Positions 34,920 through 49,034 of a stretch of 64,000 nucleotides of DNA are shown here, in pieces. Origin of the DNA: Octopus vulgaris (taxonomy: Eukaryota); contig OX597819.1 in assembly GCA_951406725.2 (NCBI GenBank), forward strand, positions 31,186,001-31,250,000, read 5' to 3'. The position numbers and the translations under genes are program-made. The stretch's first letter is position 1, and every line of letters begins with the position of its first letter. The notes beneath the pieces are model-generated. The model did not search any database. It was not told where the DNA came from and saw nothing but the letters and a program-made list of their open reading frames with translations.

Positions 34920-35275
34920 TCTTTTATCTCTTACTTTCTCCAGTCATTAGACTGCAACCATGCTGGGGCACCACCTTAAAGAATTTTTAGTTGAATGAAT
35001 CTTAACCTCAGTACTTTTTTTTTTCCAAGACTAGTACTTATTCTATCAGTCTCTTTTGTCAAACTGCTAAGTTACAGGGATGTAAACACAACCAAACCAG
35101 TTGTCAAAGATACACACACACACAATAGGTTTCTTCCAGTTTCCGTCTACTAAATTCACTCACAAGGGTTTGTTTAGCCTGAGGCTATAGTAGAAGACAC
35201 TTGCCCAAGGTGCCACACAGAAGAACAGAACCCTGATCCATGCCTTGAGAAGCAAACTTCTTACCACAAAGCCAA
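34920..35275 (-). mobile_element. SINE family B (older)
   Basis: Reverse-complement similarity to family B copies. Confidence 0.7.
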
Positions 35276-35394
35276 CTAGTTTATACAATTTTGGAAACTC
35301 CTAATACTGACAATTTACTGATTTAGACACTCACCAATTTTTTTTTCACATTCCATAGTTTCAGACTTTAAGTAGTTGGTTGACACTGCATAAT

Positions 35395-36050
35395 ACTGTT
35401 TCAAATTTTGGCACAAGGGTAGCAAGTTGAGGAGAAATGGGGAATAGTCGATAACATACCCCCCCCCACACACACACGTACTTGACTGGTATTTTATTTT
35501 ATCAATCCCAAAAGAGGTGAAAGACAAGATGACCTCAGCAGTATTTGAACTCTGCATAATACTGATTTCAAATTTTGGCACAAGGCCAACAATTTCAGGA
35601 GAGGGGATTAAGTCAGTTATATCAATCCTGCGAGCTGGCAGAATCATTAGCACGCTGGGCGAAATGCTTTGCGGTATTTCGTCTGCCGCTGCGTTCTGAG
35701 TTCAAATTCCGCCGAGGTCGACTTTGCCTTTCATCCTTTCGGGGTCGATAAATTAAGCACCAGTTACGCACTGGGGTCGATGTAATCGACTTAATACCTA
35801 TGTCTGTCCTTGTTTGTCCCCTCTATGTTTAGCCCCTTCATCATCATCATCATCATCGTTTAACGTCCGCTTTGTGGGTAGTAAAAGAAATATATATCAA
35901 TCCCAGTGTTCAACTGGTACTTATTTTATCAATACTGAAAGGATGAAAGACAAAGGTGACCTTGGCAGAATTTGAACTCAGATCATAGACAGATGAAGTA
36001 CCACTAAGCATTTTGCCCAGCATAGTAATGATTCTGCCAGTTCACTGCCT
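35395..36050. mobile_element. Nested SINE family A cluster: young + strand copy (35629-35892) inside older - strand copies
   Basis: TSD TATATCAATCC at 35618-35628 and 35893-35903. The young copy itself carries a ~35-bp RTE tail insertion near 35837-35873. Confidence 0.8.
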
Positions 36051-36208
36051 TATGAACAGAGTTTGGTTGTTGTCATTTAATCCCAGCTCGGTTCTGAGCC
36101 AGCAGTTTTCTGATCAAAAGCATTCCAACTGTGACACCCACCATAATTTGAGATGACATTAAATAATGTTGTATTTTTTTTTATAAGACAGTAGAGTATG
36201 ATATGAGA

Positions 36209-36388
36209 AATTTGGTGGCTATTTTTTAGCAGGTCAAGTGATTACATAGAGGTTCTTTTGTTGGCACCTCTTATTTGGTTGTTATTTCTATCAGATCAAT
36301 TTGGTGTCTATTTTTTAGCAGGTCAAGTGATTACATAGAGGTTCTTTTGTTGGCACCTCTTATTTGGTTGTTATTTCTATCAGATCAA
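36209..36388 (+). repeat. Tandem duplication of a ~89-bp unit
   Basis: AATTTGGTG.CTATTTTTTAGCAGGTCAAGTG...TCAGATCAA occurs twice, nearly identical. Confidence 0.9.
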
Positions 36389-37679
36389 GCAACTACACAA
36401 AAGCCCCATTGTTAACATACAATGCTAATTATTTCGTTGAAATTGCCAGTACCTCTGATATACAACATCTTCATGTTACATGAGGAAGAGGTTTTTTTAA
36501 AAAATTCTAATAACATCTATATATAGTTAAAAAAAGACCCAGAGGAATCAAGCATTTAGCATTCCAGGAATATATATTTTATGTTTTACTTTTAAACTGT
36601 GATGATGCTGAAGGGTTCAGTCAAATTGACTCTAGTACTTATTTCTAGGTTTGGTACTTATTTTATTGGCTTATTTTGCTGAACTGCTAAGTGACAGGGA
36701 CATAAACAAACCAATGTCAGTTGTCAAGCAGTGGTGGGAAACAAACACAATACAAAACAAAACAAAGACACACACATGCATATATGATGGGCTTCTTTTT
36801 AGTTTAAATCTACCAAATCCACTCACAAAACTTTGGTCAGCCTGGCGCTATAATAAAAGGTATTTGCCCAAGGTGCCATGTAGTGGGACTGAACCCAAGT
36901 TTTCATGGTCGAGATGCAAGCTTCTTAACCATACAGTCAAAACTAATAAGGATTTTGTATCGTGGCACTATCTCACATATTTTATGGGAGTGAGCATAGT
37001 CACTCTATCAACTATGAACAGCTGAAAGACAGCCAGCTCCAGCCAGATTTGAACTCAAAACGGACAAACTAAATACTGTAAAATATCTAATACAGAGTTC
37101 TATCATTCAATCCTTTATGAACCTTTATCAACTCATGCTCTGCTGTCTTAATAAAGGATACATTGAATAATGTGGGCCTAAGAAAAATGATGAGATGATC
37201 ATGGGTGGAATATCATTGATTATTAGTCAGAGCTGATTTTGAGTGACACAACAATTAAAATTTTTGCTAAACGTAAATTTCTAACTACCTAACATATGTA
37301 CAAGAAAATATCTCAAATAAGAACCACCTTAGACGTAATCAGTCAGATTTTAATTCACTATGACTTTCATTGACAGAAATACCAGAGGTAACAGTACGCA
37401 GCAATAGAATCTTTTCTGTTATTACAATAGTATATGTTCTTCACAATCCCCACTACATATTGGCAATATGAATGACCAACTGAGTAAATTATTAGAAGAG
37501 TGCCTCAATATATTTTATTTTAGGTCCAACCATATCTTTTATTTGGTCTTCTAATGTGAATAGAACAGAGCCACAAAGTCTGTAAAAGTTTTAATTGGGT
37601 TATTGTGCAGGAATCAGGTTAAAGAAATCAAAGCTATTTTCAAGAATTTCAATACATTTAATTAGAGGACTCGTCATGC

Positions 37680-39354
37680 TCAAACTCAGCCTCATTTAGG
37701 AAATCTCTTGTTGGGGGCTAAATCCCTAATTGCCACAGTATCTATTCTGCTACTAGGAAAACAAATGTGAGCATAGTGGGGATTTGATTCCGTAAGTACA
37801 ACATTTTTGGCAAAAGGGTTATCCTTATTACAAATGTCTCTCCTTAACAGAACCTTTCCCAGCAAGGAAAGCCTGATGAACAGATGTTCATGGAGTTTGT
37901 GGATCACAGTGACTGTAACACATCAAACTGAAGAGATTCTTTGTAGGGGTCAAGTTTTCTAAACAATACCAACAAATGTTCACCATCTATTTCAAGTAAT
38001 GTGGTAGGGGCAGCTGAGTCATGTCAATCATAAATGAAACGCTTCAGTTCAGGAGACAAAGGAAGTTCCTTGACCTGAATGGACATATCCAGTAAAATGA
38101 TGAGAGTACTGTGGCATTATCCTTTGACAAATGTAGTATCCAGAAATATTTTTCATCATCTGATACAAGATCACCTCCTCCAATTCCCCCTCCCCACTCA
38201 AAATTCCTTGCAAGTCTTGTAAGTTACTTGGTGACCCTACTGGTGCAGTGCCACATAAAAAGCATCCAGTCCACACTACTACGAAGTGGATGTATTTTGG
38301 AAGGGCATCCAGCTGTAAAAACCATGCCAAAACAGACCTTACTTGTGCTGGTACCATGTAAAAAGCACCCAGCTCACTCTACAGGATGGTTGGTATTAAG
38401 AAGGGCATCCAGCCATAAAAACCATACCAAAACAGACAGAGTAGCCTGGTGTAGCCCTCTACTTGGCTGGCTCCTGTCAAACAATCCAACCCTTGCCAGT
38501 GTGGAAAACAAATGTTAAATGATGATGATCACAAAGTAGTACACCAAGGATATTGAGATCAGTTGAGAGATTAGCAGAGTTTTTGAGTGGTTACTCTGTG
38601 AAGCAGTACCACAAAAGTTACAGAATAGTTATATTATGTGGCAGTATTAAAGGGATTCATAATATTGTAAGATTTCATAACAGAAATGGCATAAGTTTAA
38701 ATTGCCAGTGTGATATTTTCTCATTTTTAATCTAACTTTTCTTTTCATTGAGCATCTGAGTTTTCCAATCAGACACTAGGGAAAATTACTTGCCTAAGAG
38801 AAAGTGATGCCATTTTTTGACAGTTTTTCTACTGTGCAATGACTTTTCTAGGTAGAATTTAGTGACTGAAAAAACACTGCCAAAGGTCCACCAGTTTGAT
38901 TATGAGTAACCTTGATGGTAGTTTCGACTTTAACCTTGACAGGCCCCATGAAAGCTTCTTCTGGGAGCAGAAACCGGATTTTGATTAGGGGCCATATTCT
39001 TTCAGAGGAGTGAGGAACCCACCAACAATAATAAGTAATAAGACCTGTTGCTCATTTGTTGATACAAATATGACTAAGTTAAATGTGGGAAACCAGGAAG
39101 CAATTTGTATGGTTAATCTGATAACCTAGAATGCAGACAGTTAGTTGTGAATTTATATTTATCATTATTCAGTGCCACATATTAGATTCATGAACAACTA
39201 TTTATGAAATAGGCGCAGGAGTGGCTGTGTGGTAAGTAGCTTGCTAACCAACCACATGGTGGCATCTTGGGCAAGTGTCTTCTGCTATAGCCCCGGGCCG
39301 ACCAATGCCTTGTGAGTGGATTTGGTAGACGGAAACTGAAAGAAGCCTGTCGTA

Positions 39355-39397
<43 letters not shown>

Positions 39398-40330
39398 ATG
39401 TGTTTGTGTGTCTGTGTTTGTCCTCCTAGCATTGCTTGACAACCGATGCTGGTGTGTTTACGTTCCCGTCACTTAGCGGTTCGGCAAAAGAGACCGATAG
39501 AATAAGTACTGGGCTTACAAAGAATAAGTCCCGGGGTCGATTTGCTCGACTAAAGGCGGTGCTCCAGCATGGCCGCAGTCAAATGACTGAAACAAGTAAA
39601 AGAGAGTAAAAGAGTAACTTAAGTATTTAGATGAATTTTTGTCATGTTCCTTTTATTATATTTTACCACATACAACATCTGTCAATAATTCATTGAAAGA
39701 CAGGTAATACTGTTTATAAGGCAGTTGAACAGAAACAATTGACCAGTTGCCTCAAAAATGGGAAATACTTTATCAATGAGCTGTAACACAATACAGTGGT
39801 ACAGGTTACATCAGTCAACTGTTACAGTATCATCTCACATGATATTTTGTTCACGAAGTTGGGCAGTGGGTAAGCATCTAAATAAGTGAATTTATTAATA
39901 GTTTTGGAGTAGTCAACCACTAAACATTTTGTTGTTATTGTTAATGATACATATTTGTGCTCACTGCAGTGACTCACTAGGCTCGATAGTATTTTCTTCA
40001 AGCATCTGAAACATTTCATACTGAGTAAACTTGGCATCAGATGACTTAAACTTAATTAATAAATTCAATATTGAGTGACAGAAAGTATTCTAGCTGGATC
40101 AACATTTAGTGAGGCCAAACAGAAAACCTCCAAAACTGGATGGGGGAAGAGGTACCAAATTCAACTTTAACAGATAAATGCTTACTCAAGAAATGGTGCA
40201 CCAAGAATGTCTCAGCAGACAAGTAACACAAGAAATATATTTGGCTATATGGTAGTTTTTACTTTCAATATCAATTTACAATATCTTTTGATTGATGTAG
40301 TCAATTTAACTGACATCATCAATATTATAC
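37680..40330 (-). mobile_element. Decayed Ty3/gypsy LTR retrotransposon pol region (RT, RNase H, integrase C-terminus), interrupted by RTE and SINE insertions
   Basis: LVVDYSKTINKFTYLDAYPLPN (RT, ORF 39822..40037), KWHHFLLGK.FSLVSD (RNase H, about 38770-38815), ESNPHYAHICFPSSRIDTVAIRDLAP (integrase end, ORF 37692..37907). The order RT-RH-IN is the gypsy order. LTRs not identified. Confidence 0.8.
39211..39615 (+). mobile_element. Young SINE family B inserted in the gypsy remnant
   Basis: CpG-rich, near-complete copy. Confidence 0.88.
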
Positions 40331-41894
40331 CATACAAAAATCAATCATTTGATTACATGTAACTGTAGTATTTCATAACTTAAACATTTAAAAGAGATTC
40401 CATGCAGTACATCATCAACACGAAAAATTTACAATGTTAAAGATTATAAAATAACAACTATGAAAGACCCGATAACTTTTTATCATTTCAGCATCCATTT
40501 TCCTCCATATTCAAGAACTAGATGTGAATTTATATTTGATACTATGACAATGTGACACACAGAAGGCCTGTTCTATTCATTAACATAGCAAAAGATATAT
40601 TTGTTTCAAATTTTGGTACAAGGCCAGCAATTTCAGAGGAGAGCTGATTACATCAACTCTAGTTGTCAAATGGTACTTGTTTTAATTGACCCCGCCAAAA
40701 GGATGAAAGGCAAAGTCGACTGCAGCAGAATTTGAACTTAGAATGTAAAGACAGATGAAATGCCAATAAGCATTTTACCCAGCACACTAACACTGGGCAA
40801 AAAAAAAAAGAAAAAGAAATCTTCACTAATTGTAAGGAAGACTTATGTCTTTAGCCAATAATGCCAAAGACACTCCAACAAAAGCTATACCTGACGCTCC
40901 ACCTGAAAACTCAAGTACTAACTACTTCACGAGCTTCCACTCATATGTTATCGTCCTCTAATTACATTTGTTTTCTTAGATGTATTAAGCAAATCTGTTG
41001 TTCCTATTATCATTATTAGTAACAAGTAACATGCACAACTACATAAGTAGGTGGATTAAAATTTAACTTTTTCCACGTCTTTATTCTCAATGCTATTATC
41101 TTGTCAGTTTTAGACATGGATATTAAGAAGGAAGATGCATAAATCTTTTTGAATTCAATAAGTTTCACATTCCATACATGTGTTCTTCAAATTCAAAAAT
41201 TAATCTCATAATTTCAACCCTTTCTGTACTTTTATAACAGATTCTTTACAATTTAAGATATTATAGGAAAATTTTCTAAGACTACAATCTGTACTATCAA
41301 TTTAATTATCTTTGGAGTAACTTACATCTAAGTTTGTTGTTAGTGAAGTAAAATCAAATAATACTGATTCAAATTTTTTAAATGTGAAGAGAACATGCCA
41401 GTTTCCTCTACTTCACTACAATAATTTGAACATCATTCCCATCACACATCCAGTATGAACCACACACCTTTACCTTTAGAAGTCTCTTTAGCCAATTGTT
41501 TAAGCACCAACTTTACACTTAACCTTTGCATCATCAGTATAACCCCAATGCATTACACAAAACTCACTCAGTATTAAATATCACTGAATATATCTCGGTT
41601 TTGTGAACAAAGAAGAGGAAGAAAAAGCTACGAAAGAGATCAAAGATGTAAAATGATTATTTTAATTTTTTTCTTCTTTTTATTACAATAGTTATACAAA
41701 CCTTTTGAAGCAAAAACCAGCACAAGTAGTTAGTTTAGAATTGAAAAGTAAAAAAAAAAAAGAAACTACACAACCAAAAACACAAAGTAAACCTAGTTGT
41801 ATCAAACAGTGAAGGTTAGTGATCCAATTAAGGTAAAGGGGAAAAACAGTTTCAAGCCAATGCAGTCGAAATGGTCAACTAGGGAAATACTTAC

Positions 41895-41969
41895 TACTCT
41901 CGAGGCATTGTCTCAAACTGATATTTCCGCAACTTTGGAGGACCTGCACTTGGATACCTGCTACTAGAC
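41895..41969 (-). CDS. SMG6: SMG6 putative 75-nt exon 3 (SSSRYPSAGPPKLRKYQFETMPRE), symmetric phase 2-2
   Basis: Acceptor CTTCAATTTAG|G, donor TA|GTAAGT, open in the required frame, in unique non-repeat sequence. The gene also stays in frame without it. Confidence 0.6.
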
Positions 41970-43247
41970 CTAAATTGAAGTGCCAGTGGCAAAACCAAAT
42001 GCAGATGCAACATGTTACAGGAATAATAAGGAATAGTTGGCACATACTGAGTTTGGTTTTTAAATAGATGATATCATAATTACATACAACATGAGAAACA
42101 ATGAGCTACAACTAATAGAGCAGTAAATGCAATGATTTACATACAACACAGAAATAGCATCTCTAAAAACATAGTTCACTAATGATATCTAAGATGTCCA
42201 TCAGACGGTTAAAAAACTGAAGGTGTATTTCAGAAAGATATATGAAGTAAAAAAAACAACAAAAAAAAAACATGCTAGTTGAATAGAAGCATGGTGAGTG
42301 AGTGTGTTTGTAATAAGAACTGAGTGAAATGAAAATGTATTTTGGATTGATGGTTAGTAGGAAGGCTAAAATGATATAAGGTAATTAGGAAGTTGTAAAA
42401 AAAAATGGCAATGATTTATGAGAATGGCTGAGACTAAAGGAAACTAATACACACTGAATTATCTAATGCATGCTAGTATTTACAAGATAAAAATAGAGAA
42501 GGAAAAATACTAGGTGATGCTGGTGAAATCAATTCTCAGACAATAAATCTTGTGATGTTCGTGGATGTTTGTGTTTAGATATTTTTATATCTTAATCACT
42601 TCTGACTTGATGTCATTTTATTTTTACTGGTATAAATCTGTGTTGTAAGTTCTTTATTTTTTACAATAACATATAGATGTTAAAAAGTAACCTTAATACC
42701 AAAGGTGTGAAGATAAATCTTCAATCTTTAGCTTCATAAAAAAAAAATATCAAAAAAAACAAAAACAAAAACAATATTTTCAATAGCTGAAGAAAATTTC
42801 ATCATTGGAGAAATAAAACTGGCCAAAGGCAAAAAAAAAAACAAAGATGTATTGGAACATTTAAATCTAACTAGATTTATTAAATAAATAAGACAAATCT
42901 TACAGACTACTATGGTTACTTTGAATAAACACGTACAGACAAGCAAACAAAGATTCAGTGGTTAATATCTGAATATATCACAGTCCATGAAGAGGATTAA
43001 AACACTATATTTGATTGTGAACCAATTAGCTCACGAGGTGGGAATGCATTGATGCAATATCTGAATTAAGATTGCCTCAGAATTGTTTCACAAAGTACCA
43101 GTTTGAAATCTATAATAAATCACATATGATTTTACACTCAGTCATTTAGAAACATGTTTCATATTAGTTTATTCAAGTAATATATACAGAGATAGGTGTC
43201 AGATGGCAAATGACACACACACACTATATATATACCATTGGTGATGG

Positions 43248-43580
43248 TGACCCCCTTCGGTCAGACACTGACCATGGGTTTGCACCTAGAGAGTTACCCT
43301 CTGAGGCACAAGTCTGGGCAAGGTTGTTTTTTTATGGAAGATCAGCAGTCGCTCATGCATACCGGCCTCCCCTCTCCACGTCACCGATGTTGTCCAAGAG
43401 AAAGGCAAGGGCCGATACAGCTTGGCACCTGTGACGTTGCAACTGCTTTCTACAGCTGAGTGAACTGGAGAAACGTGAAATAAAGTGTCTTGCTCAAGAA
43501 CACAACACGCAGCCCGGTCCGGGATTCGAGCTCACAACCTCACGATTGTAAGCTCGACGCTCTAACCACTGAGCCACGCC
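43248..43580 (-). mobile_element. SINE family C
   Basis: Near-identical to 25958-26287. Confidence 0.87.
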
Positions 43581-43711
43581 ATTAAAGGTGTGAAATTGTA
43601 ATTACTTTTTTTGGTCGATAACTAACAAGGAAAGAGCATTTCCATGTCTTGTGTGTGGATTTTCTGTTTTTTCCTTTGTCAATCTTGTCTAATTTTTGAA
43701 ACTCACACACA

Positions 43712-44100
43712 TTCTTTTATTCTTTTATTTGTTTCAGTTATTTGGTTGTAGCCATGCTGGAGGACCACCTGAAAGGGTTTTTTAGTTGAAGAAATCAACC
43801 CAAGGACTTATTATTTAGAAGCCTAGGACTTATTCTATTGGTCTCTTGCTAAACTGCTGCATTACAGGGATGTAAACACACCAACATCACTTGTCAAGCA
43901 ACGATTGGGGCACAAACACAGACACACACATAAACATATACAGATATACATATACAACGGGCTTCTTTCAGTTTCTGTTTACCAAATCCACTCACAAGGC
44001 TTTGGTCGGCCTGAGGCTATAGTAGCTTGCCCAAGGTGCTGCACTGAGACTGAACCCAAAACCATGTGGTTGGGAAGCAAGCTTCTTACCACATAGCCAT
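43712..44100 (-). mobile_element. SINE family B
   Basis: Reverse-complement similarity to 39211. Confidence 0.8.
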
Positions 44101-44729
44101 ATATTTATGAAGGCAGAAGGCATGGTTGAGTGGTGAAGTTTGCTTTTCAGTCACATGGTTTAGGTTCAGTCCCACTGTATGGCATCTTGGGCAAGTATCT
44201 TCAACTATAATCCTTATCCGACCAATGTTTTGCACATGGATTTAGTAGACAGAAACTGTATGAAGCCTGTTATATATATATATATATATATACATACACA
44301 CGTGTGTGTGTTTATATATCTATGCATAACGTTTACATCATGTGTACTTTGCATGAAAAATTGCTGAGCTACAAAATAGTGAGGCTGTCACTATGTTGTT
44401 AACAAATCAACAGCTGGCTTAGCTCTACACTTTTGAAAATGCAGAATAAAAGATTGCTTACTTGAAAAGTTGGGAGAGGTAAATGACAGAAAAGGCATCT
44501 GGCAGTAAAATGATGCATTAATAAGATATATTCATCTAATGTCTAACATTGAAAACAGATGTGTATCATCGTTTAGCATCCGCCTTCCATGCTAGCATGG
44601 GTTGGACGTTTCAACTGGGGTCTGGGAAGCCAGAAGGTTGCACCAGGCCCAGTCTGATCTGGCAATGTTTCTACGGCTGGATGCCCTTACATGAGTGTAG
44701 TGTATGTGTACATATATATATACAGATAT

Positions 44730-44900
44730 ATGGGAGAGCTGAAATGTTTCTGGCTTATGGTAAAAGAAAATACAGGAGGATGGGTCAGTTAATTATGATT
44801 TTATTCAACATGTTCCCCTCTCAGATTCACAAAATTATTGCAGCAGTCCTTCAGTTATTCTAAGCCCTGTAAAAGAACTCAGAAGGTTTCCAACCAGATC
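44730..44900 (-). mobile_element. Second fragment of the same mariner family
   Basis: Reverse-complement similarity to 4640-4795. Confidence 0.7.
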
Positions 44901-45094
44901 TTTCACACCTCCTTGTGTGTGTGTGTGAAAAAGCTATATTTAAGTGTGTAGTCTTAAAACATCCAGACTATTATTGAAATTAGTTTAAATAAACTACAAT
45001 TGACCAATTAACTGTTTGTTAATGTAACTTAGTAAAACACTGAACCAAAAAGGATCTGAATTTGTGCCTAGTTGATATTATACACACACACACA

Positions 45095-45880
45095 CAGCAT
45101 GACCAGCAACCAAGAGAGCAAACATTTCCATAAAAACTACAGGACAATGGATCACATATTCACCTCAACTCAGCTTATACAATGAGCAAAAGATTACAAA
45201 CTGCTTCTGTGTGTTGCTTTTGTGGCTATGAAAAGGCCTTTGATAGTGTTGAAATGAATGCAGTGCTGAAATCTCAGGAAATGCAATGTGTTGAGGTGGG
45301 AAGCAATGAAATTGAGGAAGTAAAGGAGTAGATTTACTTGGCACACACAGTGAATATGCATCAAGACATGGATGTTAGAAATCTTGAGAATGAAGGCAGG
45401 AGGGAAGGTATTTACTTCAATAAAATATGTGCTCAAAGCAAAGCTGAACAAAGCCCTATGTGCCAGTCTCTTCAACAGCACAGTCCTACCTGCACTTTCA
45501 TACACAGTCAAGATACAGGCTACTACCAAGAGAGGAAGAACATAGATTGGCTTCAACAGAAAGGACCATAAGAGCCGTACTAGGAATGTCACTGTGAGAG
45601 CATGCCCAAAATAAGGTAATTTGAGAACAGCGTGATCATGATCACAGAATACTGAAAGCACAAGTTGCACTGGACAGGACATGTCAAAAGGTATGCAGAC
45701 AACAGCTGGATCCATGCAGTTGCTGAGTGGTATCCAAGAGACTGGAAAAAGCCACTTAGAAAGCTTCCACAATGATAGGAAATATGATTTAGTTAAGCAA
45801 TTTAAGCCAAGATGGAAAAGAATGGCACAGTCAAGAAACAACTAGAAGCACATTGTGAACTGTGGTGTATAACATCTAAC
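45095..45880 (+). mobile_element. Decayed RTE-like LINE ORF2 fragment (different family)
   Basis: QQPREQ..F...YRTMDHIFT, YEKAFDSVE and WIHAVAEWYPRDWKKP remnants. Confidence 0.7.
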
Positions 45881-45994
45881 AATCTGATCAATACAGAGAT
45901 ACAGCATAAAGTGAGGAGATGTGAGAGGTGAATACAGACTTAACTTTTGCCATATGATTACAGCTATTTAGTAAGATTTATATATATAATGTAT

Positions 45995-46291
45995 AATGAA
46001 ATTATTGTATACAGTGCTCAGGTGCACCACAACTTGTCAGAAAGTGCATATAAAGTACATGCAGTAATGTAAAAATGTCTGGAAAGCGAACAATGCACGA
46101 GTCAGACACATGCCTGTGCGTGCATGGAGGGGAGAAAATCAGGTGTAGTGTTGGCGAATCTCAGAAAGCATGGAAGTTTTGAAGGATGCAGTGCTCCGAC
46201 AACTAACAACTGATGCCGGCAGTTTGTTCCACGCTTCAGCAACTCTCAGCGTGAAAAAATGTTTCCTGAAGTCATGGGAGCTGTGCTGTTT
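45995..46291 (-). mobile_element. CR1-clade LINE 3' end
   Basis: Reverse complement of the 9130/20195 family. Confidence 0.82.
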
Positions 46292-46960
46292 ATCATATAG
46301 TATTTTTAATTACGGTATATAAAATTATATGTACATGTTTACAACATGGTTAGCTCAGCATTATACAATTATATAGACACAAACTGATGCAAATAAAGAA
46401 AGCTAATTCCTCAGATCACCGGATGCATCATGGGTTTCTGTTGCACAGACGCGCAATACTATACTACATAGTAATTGGTTACTACATAAACTGATAGCTG
46501 ATTGTGAATGGGGAGCTTATTGTGAATGTCATTTGACTCCCTGGATCCAACATTTCTACTACCCATTCATGTGTGTTGGGGCAGGAGGTGTAGGATTAGA
46601 ACAACTAAAGACAATAAAAAAAAAAAAAAAAGCCCAGAAATATTGAATCCATTGAAAACACAGGAACACAAAAGATGGTGCTCATAGTGTGAACCTGCTG
46701 AGTTTTCTATCAAGAAGTTATCTGAGATATTTTAAGTATATAATATTTCATTTCACTGTAAATGAACTCATGAAATAAATGCCTAGCATTAAGAAAGTAT
46801 CCTATATCAACAGACTTATGTACTTTTGGGCTGGAGCTAGTCCTGATGATTGTACTTTACAGACGAAAATGTAATGAATGTGTGTGTGTACATACACACA
46901 TGCACACACATTTACATATGTACTGAGTACTGCTTTTTATTATCTTTGTTTGCACTGTTT

Positions 46961-46961
<1 letters not shown>

Positions 46962-47004
<43 letters not shown>
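46962..47004. repeat. (TG)n microsatellite
   Basis: Direct reading. Confidence 0.95.
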
Positions 47005-47007
<3 letters not shown>

Positions 47008-47340
47008 TAATACAGACATGGACTGTGATTAAGTCTACTTCACAACTACATGGTTTCATGATCATTCCCCTTCAGTGGAACTCTGGGCAGGTTGTCTTCT
47101 GCTACAGCCTTGGTGGGCTGACTAGTGCCTTGTGAGTGGAACTAACAGATAGAAACTGCAGAGAACCTGTTTTGTGCCTTCCCATTGGCTTGGCATTGTT
47201 TGCATGTTGCATAAACAATGTTACTATATAGGCAGCATATTTACGTTTGTTTTGATAACTTGCCCAATGTTTGAAAGACCAAGAGAAATAGTAGCTTACA
47301 TGGAAGCAAGTAAAGATTGGATGCCTTTTCTCTCAATAAC

Positions 47341-47743
47341 TCTCTTACTCTTATACTTGTTTCAGTCATTTGACTGCGGCCATGCTGGAGCACCGCTTTT
47401 AGTCAAGCAAGTCGACCCCAGGACTTATTCTTTGTAAGCCTAGTACTTATTCTATCGGTCTCTTTTGCCAAACCGCTGAGTTACGGGGACGTAAACACAC
47501 CAGCATCGGTTGTCAAGCGATGTTGAGGGGACAAACACAGACACACAAACACACATAAATATATGTATATATATATATATACGATGGGCTTCTTTCAGTT
47601 TCCGTCTACCAAATCCACTCACAAGGCTTTGGTCGGCCCGAGGCTATAGTAGAAGACACTTGCCTAAGGTGCCACGCAGTGGGACTGAACCCGGAACCAT
47701 GTGGTTGGTAAGCAAGCTACTTACCACACAGCCACTCCTGTGC
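47341..47743 (-). mobile_element. Young SINE family B
   Basis: Near-perfect reverse complement of 39211-39615. Confidence 0.88.
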
Positions 47744-49034
47744 CTACGTCACAACACAGACTGAGTATATATTATATGCTCCCAGTACTAGAGTAACTAA
47801 GTTGACTGCATCAAGACTAAAGAATCCCCAAAACTTTAGTCTATCTTTTGTTCTCTTCATCATTTTAACGTTCATTTTTCCATGCTTATATGGGTTAGAC
47901 AGTTTACTGTGGCAAATTTTCTGTGGCCAGATGCTCTTCCTGTCACCAACACTCACTCGTTTCCAAGCAAGGTAAATATTTCTCCATGGCTAGACATGTC
48001 CTCAAGGAATATTGGAAATGACAATCATTTTACAACTATCACACAATGTCAAGACAAGTAAACATACACATACACACAATGGGCTTCTTTTAGTTTCCAT
48101 CTACCAGACGCATTCACAAGGCTTTGGTTGGCCCAGAGATAGTGTACAAAGTCATAATTTTCATTGTAGTGGATTTATTCTCTCAGTGTGATTCATACTG
48201 CTTTGCCCTCTCTATCATTCTCTCCTACTCTCTTTCAAGTAACCTGCTCCTGCTGGTTCCACAACTCCTGTCTATCACCTTTTTTCTTCTTGTAATCTTC
48301 ACACTAACCACATATGTTTGATATTTCTCTCTGCATTAGATTGCATTTAGTCAAAAAAATTTGTTTCTTTTAATTTCCTTCTATGCAACCATCCTTTCTG
48401 TTTGTTTCTATCTCAAGTCAAATGACACCCTTCTCTTTAATACTTTGTAGGCTCAGGCAAGGCCCTGTTGCAAGAGGTTTGCTTCCCAACCACAAGGTGT
48501 GTAACACCTTGGCAAAATGTCTTTCACTACAGCTTCAGACTAACCAAAGCCTTGTGGGTGGATTTTGTAGAAAGAAACCCATCTTGTGTGTTTTTGCGTT
48601 TATATCAGTTCCTCTTCTACTTGACAACTGATAGTGGTTTGTTAATGCCCCCATAACTTAGCGCTTCAGCAAAAGTGACTAATGGACTAAGCACCAGACT
48701 TTAAAGAAGTACTGGAGTAAATTTGTTTGGCTAAAATCCATTCAAAGCAGTGCCCCAGCATGAGTGGAGACCAATGACTAAAACAAGATAAAATTGTTTG
48801 TCCAGGTTTTTCCCACCAGCCTTATATTCCCACCCCATGTGTTCTCAACCATAAGATTTGATCTTGCTTTGTTTCTTACCCTAACACTTTCCAGTGCTAG
48901 AATTGCAATGATTCCTGACAAAAAACAATAGGGATTTATCCAAGTTTGCCTTTTGCTCTTTTCATTAATTGTCATACAGGTTTTTCACACACACACACAC
49001 ACACATATATGTGTGTGTGTGTGTGTATGTGTGT

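Noticed and set aside
45194-45841. 215-aa hydrophobic ORF on the minus strand
   Set aside because: It is antisense to a decayed RTE-like ORF2 and has no splice or homology support.
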